DNA of 63,540 nt, the filler included, from Bigelowiella natans CCMP2755 (lineage: Eukaryota; Protista; Cercozoa): the NCBI GenBank assembly GCA_000320545.1. It is 7 parts of 7 records of this genome, joined end to end, with 100 filler letters (N's around TTAATTAATTAA, not from the genome) between each part and the next. Parts side by side here need not be neighbours in the genome. Positions count along the whole stretch, not along the records: positions 24,121 to 38,057 come from ADNK01000933.1; positions 38,158 to 54,096 come from ADNK01002913.1; 5 more parts are not named here. One strand, 5' to 3'. Positions 27,681 through 39,630 of the stretch are shown here, in pieces. The stretch's first letter is position 1; the number at the start of each line of letters is the position of its first letter. A program made the position numbers and the translations under genes. The notes under the pieces were generated by a model that saw only the letters and a program-made list of their open reading frames with translations, had not been told where the DNA came from and did not search any database.

Positions 27681-30600
27681 ATTGTAAGTGCCGAGATGCG
27701 AAGGAGGTATGAGAGTATCTGCCCCATTCCATTGTGTGTCTTTTCGAGTATTGAAGATTTTACCTCAAACATTTGGAGTCGGGTTCCTACTTCACTTGTC
27801 GGGACTGCCGTGCTTCGTAAGGTTTTCATCTTGTGCGACGGCTCGTTCTCGTCATGAGCTAATCCCTCCCCCAGTGAGCGCATAAGCTGCGAGATCCTCT
27901 TCCTTTTCATTGTTTCCCGGCAAGTTACAAAAACACTAATTTGAAGACTTACTTCGCTCTGTTCTAGCCCCCCCTCCAGCCCCCCCCTCTTACGGAATAA
28001 CCTTAAAAAAAATTATTACCTTAGATCTTCAATCAAAACCGGCATCTCTTCGATCTTCACCATCGCCTGCTTCTGCTTTTGCCACGCCCCGAAAAGTCGA
28101 AGATTTTTGGCCGTACTCAGCAAGTACTGCACGTCACCCCAAATATCATAGGAGCTTTGATATGCAACCTAGTTGGGAAATCACAAGACCGAAAACGTAG
28201 CATGAGCAGCCCAAAGTCGCACTCTCACCGGAGTGCGCTCTCAAATTCTCAGTTTCCTTACCTTGAAGCCATCGTACGAAACAGATAGAGCTTTGGTCAG
28301 ATAAGCGTACCTATGGAGGAGAGAGAGCTTTTTAGGGGCCGACGTGGCTGCTGGTGTGTGCTTTGTGTGCTTTTGGTAAAAGGACGGGGATGAGGAGTCG
28401 GGGCGGAATGAGCGCTGTCTCAAAATGTCCCAGCTACGTTTTCCTCCTGTTGCGCTTGGCAGCTTCCTCCATCTTCGCGATCTCCGATGATAGCACTTGA
28501 GATTCCTGATGATAGTACCACCACCCAGAGCATTGCTATCAGCTGTCATAACGGGAAAGCACATGCTTCGTCTCATCGAATCATCAGTCGTTTTACGGCG
28601 AGGAAGTCAAACTGATAGCCGGGGAGTTGTAGCCTGAGAGAGGGAGAGGCGGGGGCATGAATATGGCGGATTTTGGTCGAGAGATGGAATGAGAGCTTGG
28701 CGTGCGCATGGGGCGTGTGCACGTGGATGGGTTTGAACGGGGCTGTCACTGATCGTTACATTGCTACCCTGGAGCGTGTACGCAGAGGGCATCGCTTAAA
28801 GACTTCTCCTGGCGACGGAATATCTGAACACGGATATTCTACGGTCAACATGCTGATAGTTGCATTGTGAGGCAGCGGGAACACAGAAATGCCGACAAAT
28901 ACGAATTGCATCGCCTAACACCTTGTATAGATTGGCTGCTGCACGGCCTGCCGCAAAGGGCGTGAGAAACGCTTGTTTTGCCTCCTTTTGCGCTTCGGAG
29001 AGCTTTCTGTCAGCAAGTTTACAGAAATACTCAAATCGCGTCGTTAGCCTTAAGAACAGCAAGTGTTATACCACGACGACGTGTACGGGAACATCACCTT
29101 TTCGTTTGTTGGAGAAAGCGCTGCCACCTCTCGAGCCTCTTTGCGCAATTCTCTGTATGGCCGGAGTGATCCACGCTGAATCGCACTCTGCTCGTTTTCG
29201 CCCCGGCAGTTCTAATTTGGAGAGAAGTGGCAGCTTGGACGACGGCGGCGGGATCGGTTTCTCCGGTGTTCAAAGGCGGGTCTAAATCGTTCTTTGTGCC
29301 TCTGGAATGAGGTAAAGATCTCGCCAGTTTGTGGCCTGACGTTTTCGCATTCAAGTGGCTCCTACCAGCGGCCTCTTCCTCTTTCCCCAGCTGCTTTCGC
29401 ATCGCTCTGTTTATTGCGGATGAGGTCATCATGGCCTGGTTAGCCTCGATAGTATGGCGCATCGTTGCCTGATCATCGTTGAATTAAATTAAAGCTGATT
29501 CCTAAAGGGAAAACAACGATACCGACACAAAAAAGCGTCGAGGAATAAACGAAATCGCGACAGCTAGCAGCAGCCCACACAGACACCTTGAGAGGATCAT
29601 CGACTTGCGTGCTGTTCAGACTTCCGTACTGATACGATGATTCACGATAGGAACTCCCCAAAACTGGATTCTTCGTCTTTTTCCGCGAAGACGTCCGGGA
29701 CGATGATGACAATAGAGATGACGGCACCGCTTTCCTATCAAAGCCGCCGCTCTCCAATGACACGGTGAAGGTGTCTAACCCTGTGTTTGGCAGATCGCCC
29801 CAGGTGATATTCCTTCCCTCTCTGTCAAGACCGTCGTTCTTCTTGTTCGGAGAAGGCTCGGCCTTGGTTCGCTTGCGAGAGTGGGAGTTTCCTCGTGGAA
29901 TCTGTGACCCTTCGGGGGTGGGGGAGGAGCTTGTAATGCCCTGGCTTCCGCGGATAATGTCTGGAGAATTCAATAGGCGACAGAGAAACTAATCACTTGC
30001 ACCGCAAAGGCGGGGGAAACTGCTTGCACAGCAAACCTTTCTGTAGTAGCTTCATATCGATGAGAGAGCCGCCTTTTGCGTAGAGTAGCTTGTGGGAGGA
30101 GACGAATATCACCTTGAACAGAACGTCCCGAGCACGGCCATCCTCTCGCACCCCGCTTTTTCGCCGCCCCACCCATTTGGCCTAGTGTTATTATCGCTGG
30201 CATTAGTATAGTACTGAGCGTATTGGAAATTTCCCCTCCATACCGAATCAGCTCCGAGAAGAGAATGCTGCTCGATGTATCCTGGCATCCCTGTACAAAC
30301 AACATTTTCCCCGCCCGATCTTAGCCAAATCTTAGCTACTCTACCGATCGATAGAAAGCGAAAGGTAACCTTTGAGGATCTTCAATATTTCCTGTTTCCT
30401 TCCCAGCCATCGGCATAATGGAATGTAGGTGGTGCGAGGATCGTCCTTTAAGAATCATAGAAGCCGGTGCCAGGGGGGGGGGGGGGGGGGGAGAACAGGA
30501 ATCACTACATGCGATACCGATTTGCACCTGCCAAGAATATGCACAATAACCTCTTTCTCCTTCTCCTTTGTCGTAAGGGATCTTCTGCCTTTTCCCGATG

Positions 30601-31275
30601 AACCAGGTCGTTTCCCCCTGCTGGTCATCTACACGATCACAGCCAGAGTTTACAGCAGCGCCGCCCCCTTCCTAATTTGAGTGAATTTATGATGTGGGGA
30701 TTCATTCCTATCTGTCACGCCCTATCCCCAATGTCTTGCCACAGGCATTGATCGTGCCTTTCTTCTGGATGCCGACAATAAATAGCAACCACACGGCGGT
30801 AACTACCATTTCCCCCCCAAGGATTATGCAGAGTAACCAATGGCTATTGACAGCGGACATGCAAGCGTCGATAGTATACCCTCGCATTGGTGACTATCTT
30901 ATGCAGAAGATAACTCTCCACCAGGCGCCAATCCGGCCATCCATCGCATCAGAACACGCCCTCAAGATGACTGCTGCCCTCGTTTTGAGCACCCTTCGCC
31001 ATCGGCCCGAGAGCACGCAGAAGGGACACAGGCCCAAGCGTTCCCTGCGACAACGAATTCCAGGATATTTATAGGTGAAAACAAGGGGATTTTTTGTTTT
31101 CCCTCCCCAGATTTGTCGTTAAGGCCACTGGCCATCTATCTCCTCCCTCAGAAGGATCAACCAATTGGGGATCAACGCGGGCTTTTTCCTGGAAAACTTG
31201 CCGATTTTGAGGGAAAATCATGGCAAATAGAGGCCAACAATGCAGAGAAACCGTCGTCAGGTTTGGGCGTTTCAT
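27674..31275 (-). CDS. Hypothetical protein(s) with long exons; no recognisable domain
   Basis: Chain of minus-strand ORFs (27674-27910, 28241-28576, 28796-29062, 29094-29462, 29473-29973, 29970-30305) with protein-like composition and GT donors; 5' end uncertain. Confidence 0.5.
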
Positions 31276-31284
31276 GAAATATCT

Positions 31285-31780
31285 CCTTGAATGCAGGATG
31301 ACGGACTCACAACACTAGCCGCGCGCAGCGAAAGTTGACATGCATGTCGATCGAATGACGCTGTTTGTTGTCGTACTGCGATGACCTCTGCTGCACAGCG
31401 ACGAGTGAGAGGACATTGCTCAAACCGCTCATTTTGCATGACAGTTTGCTACGCAACATTGAACACATGATGTACGAATGAGATGCACGCACATCCCGTG
31501 CGCACGCGATGTCGCTACACATTCCGCCACCATGTTTATTCATGTATGACAGCGGACGCGCTTGTTCACGAGTAGTAGTTCATTCCCGCTTCACATGCTG
31601 TGTTGCATGTGCAAACGAGCTAGGCCATCATCATGCGTTGTGCATCATGTGCATGTGAAACCAGCTAGGCTGCTAGCTAGCTAGCAGTAGAAGCAGTGTA
31701 CAACTTGCCGCCAAATTGATCCCGCAAATTTTTGCATAATTGTGGTGTGATCGACTAGGCGTCGATGCTACTTCGTAATA
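31285..31780. other. Intergenic TpA-depleted island at the TrmN6 3' end
   Basis: 14 of 16 TA in 31310-31735 are (G/C)TA(G/C). Confidence 0.75.
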
Positions 31781-31798
31781 GTAACGTCTAACACAACA

Positions 31799-34071
31799 TC
31801 ACGTGTAAACAGAATGCAACATTTCATCGACGTAGAGGTGCGCAACAAGTTGTCTAAAAGCCTCACTATACCGCAGCTCTCCTTTATCTCCATTCGTAAG
31901 CACTGTAATCTCATTCTCAACACAGTTTGCAGTGGCATGATGACTGTGGGGAGGACTCTCTTCCTTCGACAGCTCATCAGCTTCGAGACTGTAGCCGCCC
32001 AACGCAGCCTCTGAGCCCGATTGCTTCTCGAATTTAAGAATTGTCCTTTTTGGAGCTGCGTTTGGGCTGCGAAAATAAGAAAAACACATCATATGAACTT
32101 GTTAATGTGCTATATAAAGATATCAGATATTCAATTCAACCGGAAGCGAATGCGCAATCTTTCCGCAAGGCTGAGAGATCTCATTGCGGCGGCCTCGATA
32201 CACTGTTGTATGGGCTCTGGTTAGATCAAAAGCATGTACGGTTGCACTAAATGAGATCTACCTCACGCTCATTTTGAAAAGATTGGAGAACCCATAATGT
32301 CCCCCCTGATTGAGGAGAAATTAGCTGCAAGCTTCTCGAATACTAAAGCCATCTTCCTGACCTGGTTTGAGCAAACCTGATGCTTTCTGCATGAGCGTAG
32401 GCGTGGGGAGGTTCTGCCGCATAGATGACACAACGGATAGGTATTCATAAGAACGGTTTCGGACGGAAGAACCAGCTCAAAGCATTGTAGCGAACCTCTG
32501 CAAAACGTGCTCTTTCCCGGGATATGGAAGAAAGACTTCCCCCTCGCTTCGTTTTGAGGGGGGGGCGTTTATGGAAGGGCGGATTGCATATTATCCAGTC
32601 GAAAGAGCATGGTTGCCAGATTTGGGCTTCTTCTACTGCGTGTTTCAATGCAAAACAATAGAAAATACCGCCGCACCCGCACCCTCAGCCAAAGCTTGCA
32701 CCATGACACAAGTTACTCGGAAAGAATCTTAAAACATGAAAAATTATTATCTTTTCCCTCTGTAGCGGCTACCTTGATTTGCACGCTTGAAATCGAGGAG
32801 ATGAAGTTTCAGGGAGTCCCTCCATCTTTCCAGTGCCATCTCATGCTCTGTTGATCTCTCACTGTTCCCGTCCTCATTGCTGCTACTACTGTGTCCGAAA
32901 TTTTCGGATGCCTTTATCGTTCGATTTGGTGTACATAAAAACACAATGGCAGTTTCAGTGGCGATGCGTTGAATGGAGTGCAAGAATCACCGGTCCTCTA
33001 ATCTACGTCTTCGTTCAATTCTACTAAAAAAAACACGTGTCGCAACGACTTGTTGATGAGCGCAAGCGTCAGAATCAAGAGCGTGAATCCGGGAGGCAGA
33101 TAACGGCGCGATTTCCCTGTTCAATCAAACGTTTCAGCTGAAACCCACACCTCTCTGTGTATTGTTGATATGTACCTGCCAAGAGTACTGAACTTGGAGT
33201 CAAGTTGTTGAGCCTATGCATTTCAAGTGGAATTGGATGAAGACGTAGATTAGAGGGCCGTCGATTCTCATACTCGATTGATCGCATCAGCACTGAAATT
33301 GCCATTGTATTCGTGTTACCAAAATTAATGACAGGATTCCGGTCCCCGTCCCTATGTCAAGGAAGTGCCCACCTCTGATGCGAACAGTGGATGAAAACTC
33401 AACTCGGTAAAACAACACTCTGCTTTTTTGCAAACCATCCATCGCTAGAATCAGACTTGCTAGAAATCGCGCGCCACTTTGCACTGTCTACGAGTTGGAG
33501 CAGAGCTTACCTTTGAGCGATCCGTCTGAATTCGACATCATCTGACCGGGTAGCGTATGCGCCAAACAAGATTGATTCGAGAGTGACCTAATCAGGATAT
33601 GGAAACTTGAGAAACAGCAGTAGGGCAGGGATTATGTATATACCACCTTCAATCCCATATCTTTATGCTGGTAGACTCTAAAGGATAAATGAGTAATCGA
33701 CGGGCAACACAGAGGCAGAATTCCATGATGGCAAGCTTTCCTTAATGTACCTGAAGTTCCGGCAATCGAATATATGAGGGTAAAGGCCAGTGAAACGCGA
33801 CCCATACCGAGAGACTTTTTCTGGGGAGCGTGTGCTGAAGAACGAATTGCCGCTATTTGAAACAAGGGGGTTGTGAGATGCAAATTAAAGTAGCTGTCCT
33901 GCTGCAACGAGATTTGGATAGCTCGAGGCTCTTCTCTTGGTGTGCATTGGTAGGGAAATACCTTATCATTCGCTTTCTCCCCATACTATGTCCAGAACTG
34001 CAGACAAGGCCCTGAAGCTTGGCTAAAGCTACTCTACACCTTGCATTCCCCACACTCATTAATTCTGGCAC
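31799..34071 (-). CDS. trmN6: tRNA1(Val) adenine-37 N6-methyltransferase-like (TrmN6/YfiC family), spliced; start uncertain
   Basis: Exons give YQHKDMGLKVTLESILFGAYA, FLDIGTGTGILSLIL|AQQ, IHALDSDACAHQQ|ASEN, FDWIICNPPF, RERARF, KASGLLKPG|GTLWV, PKRTILKF and RYSEAFRQLVAHLY, colinear with bacterial YfiC. Confidence 0.85.
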
Positions 34072-34389
34072 CGCTGGCTCTCCTCCTCGTGGAAATCGTA
34101 TTTTAGAAAATAATTTAATCCTAAAATAACTAAAATAATTTTAAGAACACAATATCTCACCATCCCCAGAAAGCGCATTCCGCAGAACATCCAACATTGA
34201 GAAACTGCATTGTCTCAGAATGTTCTCGCTTGAATTTCGGACCGGACTGAGCTGCTCGTGATGCTTCTGACAACTCGATCTCCGCCCTCCCTCATTTTCC
34301 TCGTTTTCCGGGTAAAATCCCCTACGATTCCACCTCGGAGACAAGGTCTCGCGGAGGGTATTTCTTAATTTCATCGGCAGTACCAATTT

Positions 34390-35205
34390 GTTCAGACCCA
34401 ACACCGCACAACGGCCAACGAAGTGGGGGAGGAAGGGCCTTCATTTGGGGAAACGTCAACATTGAAAGGATCATTTTCGGTCGGATGTCCCCTTGCTTTT
34501 GCGTTCAGGAGGCACGTGCAAGCAGACCTTTGGTCAGTGCTCCAAGTACCTCGATGAATGGAACGATGCCCGTGGTGTGTCCCTCAAATTCCAAGCTCGT
34601 TGTGGAGCCTTGTGGTGGCGTCACAACACTGCCAGATTCTTCGCACTGGAGCAGCATGAGGGCTGGTGCTCCTTGTGCGATTCTCACGAAGACACGTCCC
34701 TGATGCACCTTTTGTTCTCCTGCCAAGGAACGTGCGACATCAGAGACCGTTTTTGGACCAGGATTCGTCACCTGGTGTCTCGTCATCAACCTGATGCCAA
34801 TGATGACGTGGTCACGTTGCGTGCTTTCTCTGCCATGTCTTCCCATGACAAGTTTTGCCTCGCTTTGGGGGCCACATCTGGTGTCCCTTCGACTGACAAA
34901 GAAATCGACAGGGCTTTCCGTCGAACCATTGTCTTGCTTGACACTTTTGCTGCGGTTCGGCATCCAAGATGCCAGCTTCAGTTCCAATCAATTCACATCT
35001 CAACGGCACCATCAATCGGCATGCATGCCAATTTCAGGTAGAGGAGGACCGACCTACTGTCTCTTCACCAACAGGGTGCTGACAAGTCCTTGCAACGAGT
35101 GTTGTTGAGGCTCTGCTGCGTGCAAATGCCTGTCTCCCATGTGGTTCTGGCGCATGTAGTTTTGATCAACGCTTTCTTCATTGTTCATTGTTCATTGTTC
35201 ATCAT
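34390..35205 (+). mobile_element. 5'-truncated non-LTR retrotransposon (LINE) 3' end: ORF2 C-terminus with CCHC zinc finger, 3' UTR and (TTCATTG)n tail
   Basis: ORF 34493-35041 contains GVSLKFQARCGAL...WCSLCDSHEDTSLMHLLFSC...IRDRFW (zf-RVT-like C-x2-C...H-x4-C); in-frame TGA at 34463; short tandem tail at 35177-35203. Clade not determinable by eye. Confidence 0.75.
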
Positions 35206-35320
35206 GCAATCAATGGCTTCCAATGAACAATGAACAATGAAGAAAGCGTTGATCAAAACCACATGCACCAGAACCACATGGGAGACAGGCATTTGCACGC
35301 AGCAGAGCCTCAACAACACT
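35098..35320. repeat. Inverted repeat: 100-bp arms (35098-35197 and 35221-35320), 2 mismatches, 23-nt spacer
   Basis: Arm-to-arm comparison: identical except C35151 (vs T) and A35158 (vs G). Confidence 0.93.
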
Positions 35321-36269
35321 TCTACCAGCAACAGTGGGCCGACCGTGGAATCTTCAGGTGCTGCTGCATGCGAGGTCTCTGGGAACATCTGGAGGCAAAC
35401 AAGCCGCTTCGCCGGCTTTGAGCCCTCCGAGTGCGTGCCAACGGCAACTTTCTCGGATGCCCTGAACGCAATGCAAGGTGGAGAGGAAGAGTTTGGAAAC
35501 GACATCTTCAAGAGGCTCTCTAGTCGACCAATGACGTGTTGCAATGATTTCAAGAAAGCCTTTGCCTCCCGCCGCCAAATGCAAGGTGATGGCCGGAAGA
35601 ACTGCGGCAGTCTGACACGTGCAAATTGTATCGGAAGCAGTGTGGGCAAAAATGTGGGCTCTCAAATTTGCACACAGATGGAAGTGAAGAAAGAACAAAG
35701 TGTCTGTGGAAAACCAATTCAAACTGCTGCACAACAAGCTCTTGTGATGCTGAAGATTGTCGTTTCCTGTTTCCTGCGTTTTGGATGAATGAAGGAGTGC
35801 GGCTCAACAAACACAGGATTGTGTTGTTGATGTGGGATCATTGTGCAGTGCGTGCCAGTCATCTTGGAGCACCCATTGCAAATTGGTTGATTGCTGCCAC
35901 ATCGTTCCAGCGTTGTCGAAAAAGTTGCAACTGGGCACACCAGTGGCAAAAATGAATGAAGCCACATTTTGCTGGCGCATCCATGTTGCTCGTTCACATG
36001 CATGGTGATGCATGCAAAGTGCGTTTCTTGATGAGCGCGTTTCCATTGTGGTGTGTGCATTGCAAGCTGCTTTTGCAACAGATTCTACGAAACGCGGCCA
36101 ATGTGCGAAACACCGCCATTGTCAATTGCCACGTTTGCAAAACGAAGATGATGACACATTCCGAAAACCGCGCGTGCACATGGCAAAGAACGACGAATGG
36201 AAGCCTGCATCGCTGGTTTTTTTGGCAATGCGCCAGCTAGATGAAATGCAGGACATGTCACATCGATAA
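35237..36269 (+). pseudogene. TpA-depleted decayed coding sequence of unknown origin, adjoining the LINE
   Basis: 183-aa ORF with 0 Tyr and 11 Cys, followed by broken ORFs in the same composition. Confidence 0.4.
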
Positions 36270-36464
36270 AAAACACATAGCTAGATGGCTAGGGCGTACG
36301 CGTGTGCACATCATGTGTTTGCTATCTGATCGATCGAAGCACGCTTGCACGTGCTATGCGTTTGGGGTTCAAAGCAAAGTGTGTAAATGTTGCATAGCAC
36401 CTTGTCGTTTTCATAATGCCCCAAGATTCTATCTTGTATGTCTAAGGCCACATAGGACTTGCGG

Positions 36465-36986
36465 CTAGTTAGCTGTTCGACCACTTTCAAGATCTACCTT
36501 CGAGAATTCTTCCCGAAGCATGTCCTCTGCGTCACCCTTCTGCAAAGCTATCATTCTTGCCCTTGTAGCAGTGTCTTCGCCATCAATATTCTTTGGGTGC
36601 TTAGTCGGATCGAATCTCCTGTGGTACCTGCGAATGTGCTGATTGTTAGCTCTCCAACCATTATTCACCTATCTCCCTTTGAAAAACAACGACAACAACT
36701 CTGCAGGTGATACTACTCCTTAGAGGCCAGAAAGCGAAGAGGCAAAGAACGCAAGAATCATGTGGGTAAAGAATAGCAAGTAATTCGTTGGAAGGGATGA
36801 TAACACAGCCAAATCGAAACGAAGTTTTTTTTCGCACGCCATCTTCCGAAAGCATCAATGCTGCATTTCAATGGTGTTGTTGGGCATTGCATGGCAGGAT
36901 CATAGCTATTCTAGGCCGTACGGCTCTGACTGCCCCGCCAAATGGTAGATGCTGATATTATGAAGCTGCTCCCAATAATCCGCAAC

Positions 36987-37029
<43 letters not shown>

Positions 37030-37748
37030 ATATGGCGTGCTATAATAAGCTGAAAGGAACAGGAATTATGTGCTTATGCAATCGGTTAGAAGTGTCAGCG
37101 GCCTTTCGGTTCGCACCGTGTGATTGTAGATATCCTTGTGCTCTAGGTTTGCCCCCCTCCGAGCCAGGTGCTTTGCCATTTCTTCATCTTTCCTAATGGA
37201 GACCACGTTACCACCCGCGGAAGGAGTAGGAGTAGGAGGAGAAGAGAGAGGGGCGGAAAGAGAAATGTGAGCAAAGAATCATTCGATTGATATCAAGTGA
37301 CGATCATTCTTCCTCCCTCCCATCCGGCCTCTGATCTCTCCCCCAGCAGCGCCATTGAATACGAATGCTCCATTCAACCCTGCATCCATGGTAGGCAAGG
37401 CCCATCATACAAGCACACACCGGAAAGTAGCGGCGAAGATCGGAGTCCAACCCCTGCAAATATGGCAGCGGCAGTAAGAATGCAACTAGTAAGTGCGGTA
37501 TCACTGCGAGGCTTTGAAGTGAGAGCGGGGAACAAATGCGCCGCGTGGCAGGGGGTGTTTGCCTCGCGCACTGAAGGAGAATCGTGGCCGATAAACACAG
37601 CTCCAATAATCTCTTACAGTAATTGTCCTTACGGCGTACGATGCGGGGAGATCTAACCGATTTCTACTCACTGCGTCATCAAACAATGCGCACACCTTTG
37701 ATTGTCCCTGTTTACTTCCGCGCCATGGTCTAACAGAAGATCCACCAG

Positions 37749-37786
<38 letters not shown>

Positions 37787-37870
37787 CATCATCATACCAA
37801 TAACCAAGTAGTAGCAGGCGCATTCTTCCAAAAGAGCAATGTCTCTACCATATGATCGCCTGCGTTCGCC
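36465..37870 (-). CDS. Ankyrin repeat protein, 3' part (5' end in or beyond gap)
   Basis: Exons join to GFTALAYAANAGDHM|LVDLLLDHGAEVNRDNQR|GWTPIFAATFR|KDEEMAKHLARRGANLEHKDIYNHT; last exon ends EEFSKVDLESGRTAN*. Confidence 0.85.
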
Positions 37871-38389
37871 GCATACGCCAGTGCCGTAAATCCTGAATAG
37901 GAACGGGGGGGGGGGGGGGGGGGGGGGGGGGAGGGGAATATTTAGATTGTCTGCCCCCCGAGAAATTTTCTCTTTTGGGGTCCCCGTTTTAAGAATCCAA
38001 AAAAAAAATAGAGGTGGGTCTTAAGAAAATTTTTTTTTTCCAATATGGGGGGCTGCCNNNNNNNNNNNNNNNNNNNNNNNNNNNNNNNNNNNNNNNNNNN
38101 NTTAATTAATTAANNNNNNNNNNNNNNNNNNNNNNNNNNNNNNNNNNNNNNNNNNNNAGTACCCAAAGCTTTGCCGTGTCCAGGTCTCGCCTCGATTCTG
38201 GGCATAGGATCGATCACGATCAATTAGTAGCGAGGTTCTTCTGCAGTAACAGCTATGCCTTTCCTCCTTCCCCAACATCTTTCTTCTTCGCCTCTCCCCT
38301 CCCTCCCCCCCCTCCCCCCTCCTCCTCTCTCTCTCTCTCTCTCGTTGTCATTCACTTTCCTCTCTCCTCCCCTCTCACCGCAAGCAGCG

Positions 38390-39557
38390 CCTGCATCGGT
38401 TAACGTCCGCCTTCTTTGATAACTCGATCACATCGCCTCGTCCTTTCACCTGAGCAAAGATGCCACGAAATATTTTTGTTACCCAACCGCCATCACCGCT
38501 GCCTTTCTCGTCACATTGAACGCGGTTCCGTCGCATAGACAGTTTTGCCAAATAAGCACCTATATCGATAAGTTGTGTTTTCTACTTTACCATGGAGGAG
38601 AAGCGGTTGCCTAGAGCCTCCTGTATGTCATCCACCCATAATATTATCACTATTGAGCTTGCAAACGCACCAAGCTCCCGAAGCAGCGACAACAGCAGCA
38701 GCAACAACAACAACAGCATCAGTCCCGCTCGCCCTCCCCCCCCCGCCAAGGACGTCCTTACTTTGTTGTTATTAGCGTTGTCGTCGCATCTCTGGCAGCG
38801 GTAGGTGGTCGAGGTGCTGGTGCCGTTTTGTGTACTAAGAGCAATGGGCGTCTTCCGGCCGCACTTCACGCACTTGTACTTCACAATTCCAGCTGCACAT
38901 GCACAAACACACAATGCATCGTCTCAACCGCCATCAATCCATGCTCATCACCACCACCTTCAAAGTCAAACGGTTTCATTTCATTCATCATCAAAGCGTC
39001 AAGGCGTTGGAAGTGCAGCGGCGCGGACCCTGCTCTGCTGCGGCGTTCCCCGATGTTGATACAGGCTCCACCCCCGCATCGAATATGATAGGCCCTCTTC
39101 CTCTGCTAACAACACGGTGGATGACACCCGCCACCATCGGTGGAATGAACGCTTGAGCGATCGGCAGGGATGGGAGGAGGCACAGGAGGAGCCATTCGCG
39201 CTCCCTCCCCATCGCCCCCACTTGTGCGTTGACGAGCAGGCCCTCGCCAACGAGGGTTGGGGGGTTTGGTTGAGCGGCGGCTGTAGACTGCTCCGTGTGT
39301 CGGCCGGTCAGCCCGAAGCAGCGAAGCGTCTAATCGGCAAGGGAAACCTTGAGAAACACAGTGAAATCTAAAAAAAATAGGATAGTTATAGGATAATAGG
39401 AGACGGTTTTGGAAGCCAGGGCGCCGAAACGAGCTCCTGACGAGCTCCTCGGGGATAACGATGAAAAGTATTCTCCTATATTCTTCCGATGTATTTCTGA
39501 CTTCCGGATTGTTGGAAGTGCATATGGATCTTTGAAGCGAGTGCAATTATTTTCCAT
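38390..39557 (-). CDS. Hypothetical Cys-rich protein, 5' part (may continue across the gap into the ankyrin gene)
   Basis: ATG 39557 (MENNCTRFKDP). Exons include YKCVKCGRK...YRCQRCD and RCRRCLR (CxxC pairs) with canonical splice sites. Confidence 0.45.
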
Positions 39558-39630
39558 GTCGCAGGCATGAAATCACATGTATTCGACCACAGATTTCTTC
39601 CGATCTCGTCGGGGCGAGTCCTGTCCAGTG

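Noticed and set aside
35237-35330. GIY-YIG/Penelope endonuclease start
   Set aside because: The segment is just the reverse complement of the LINE 3' UTR arm; no GIY-YIG motif.
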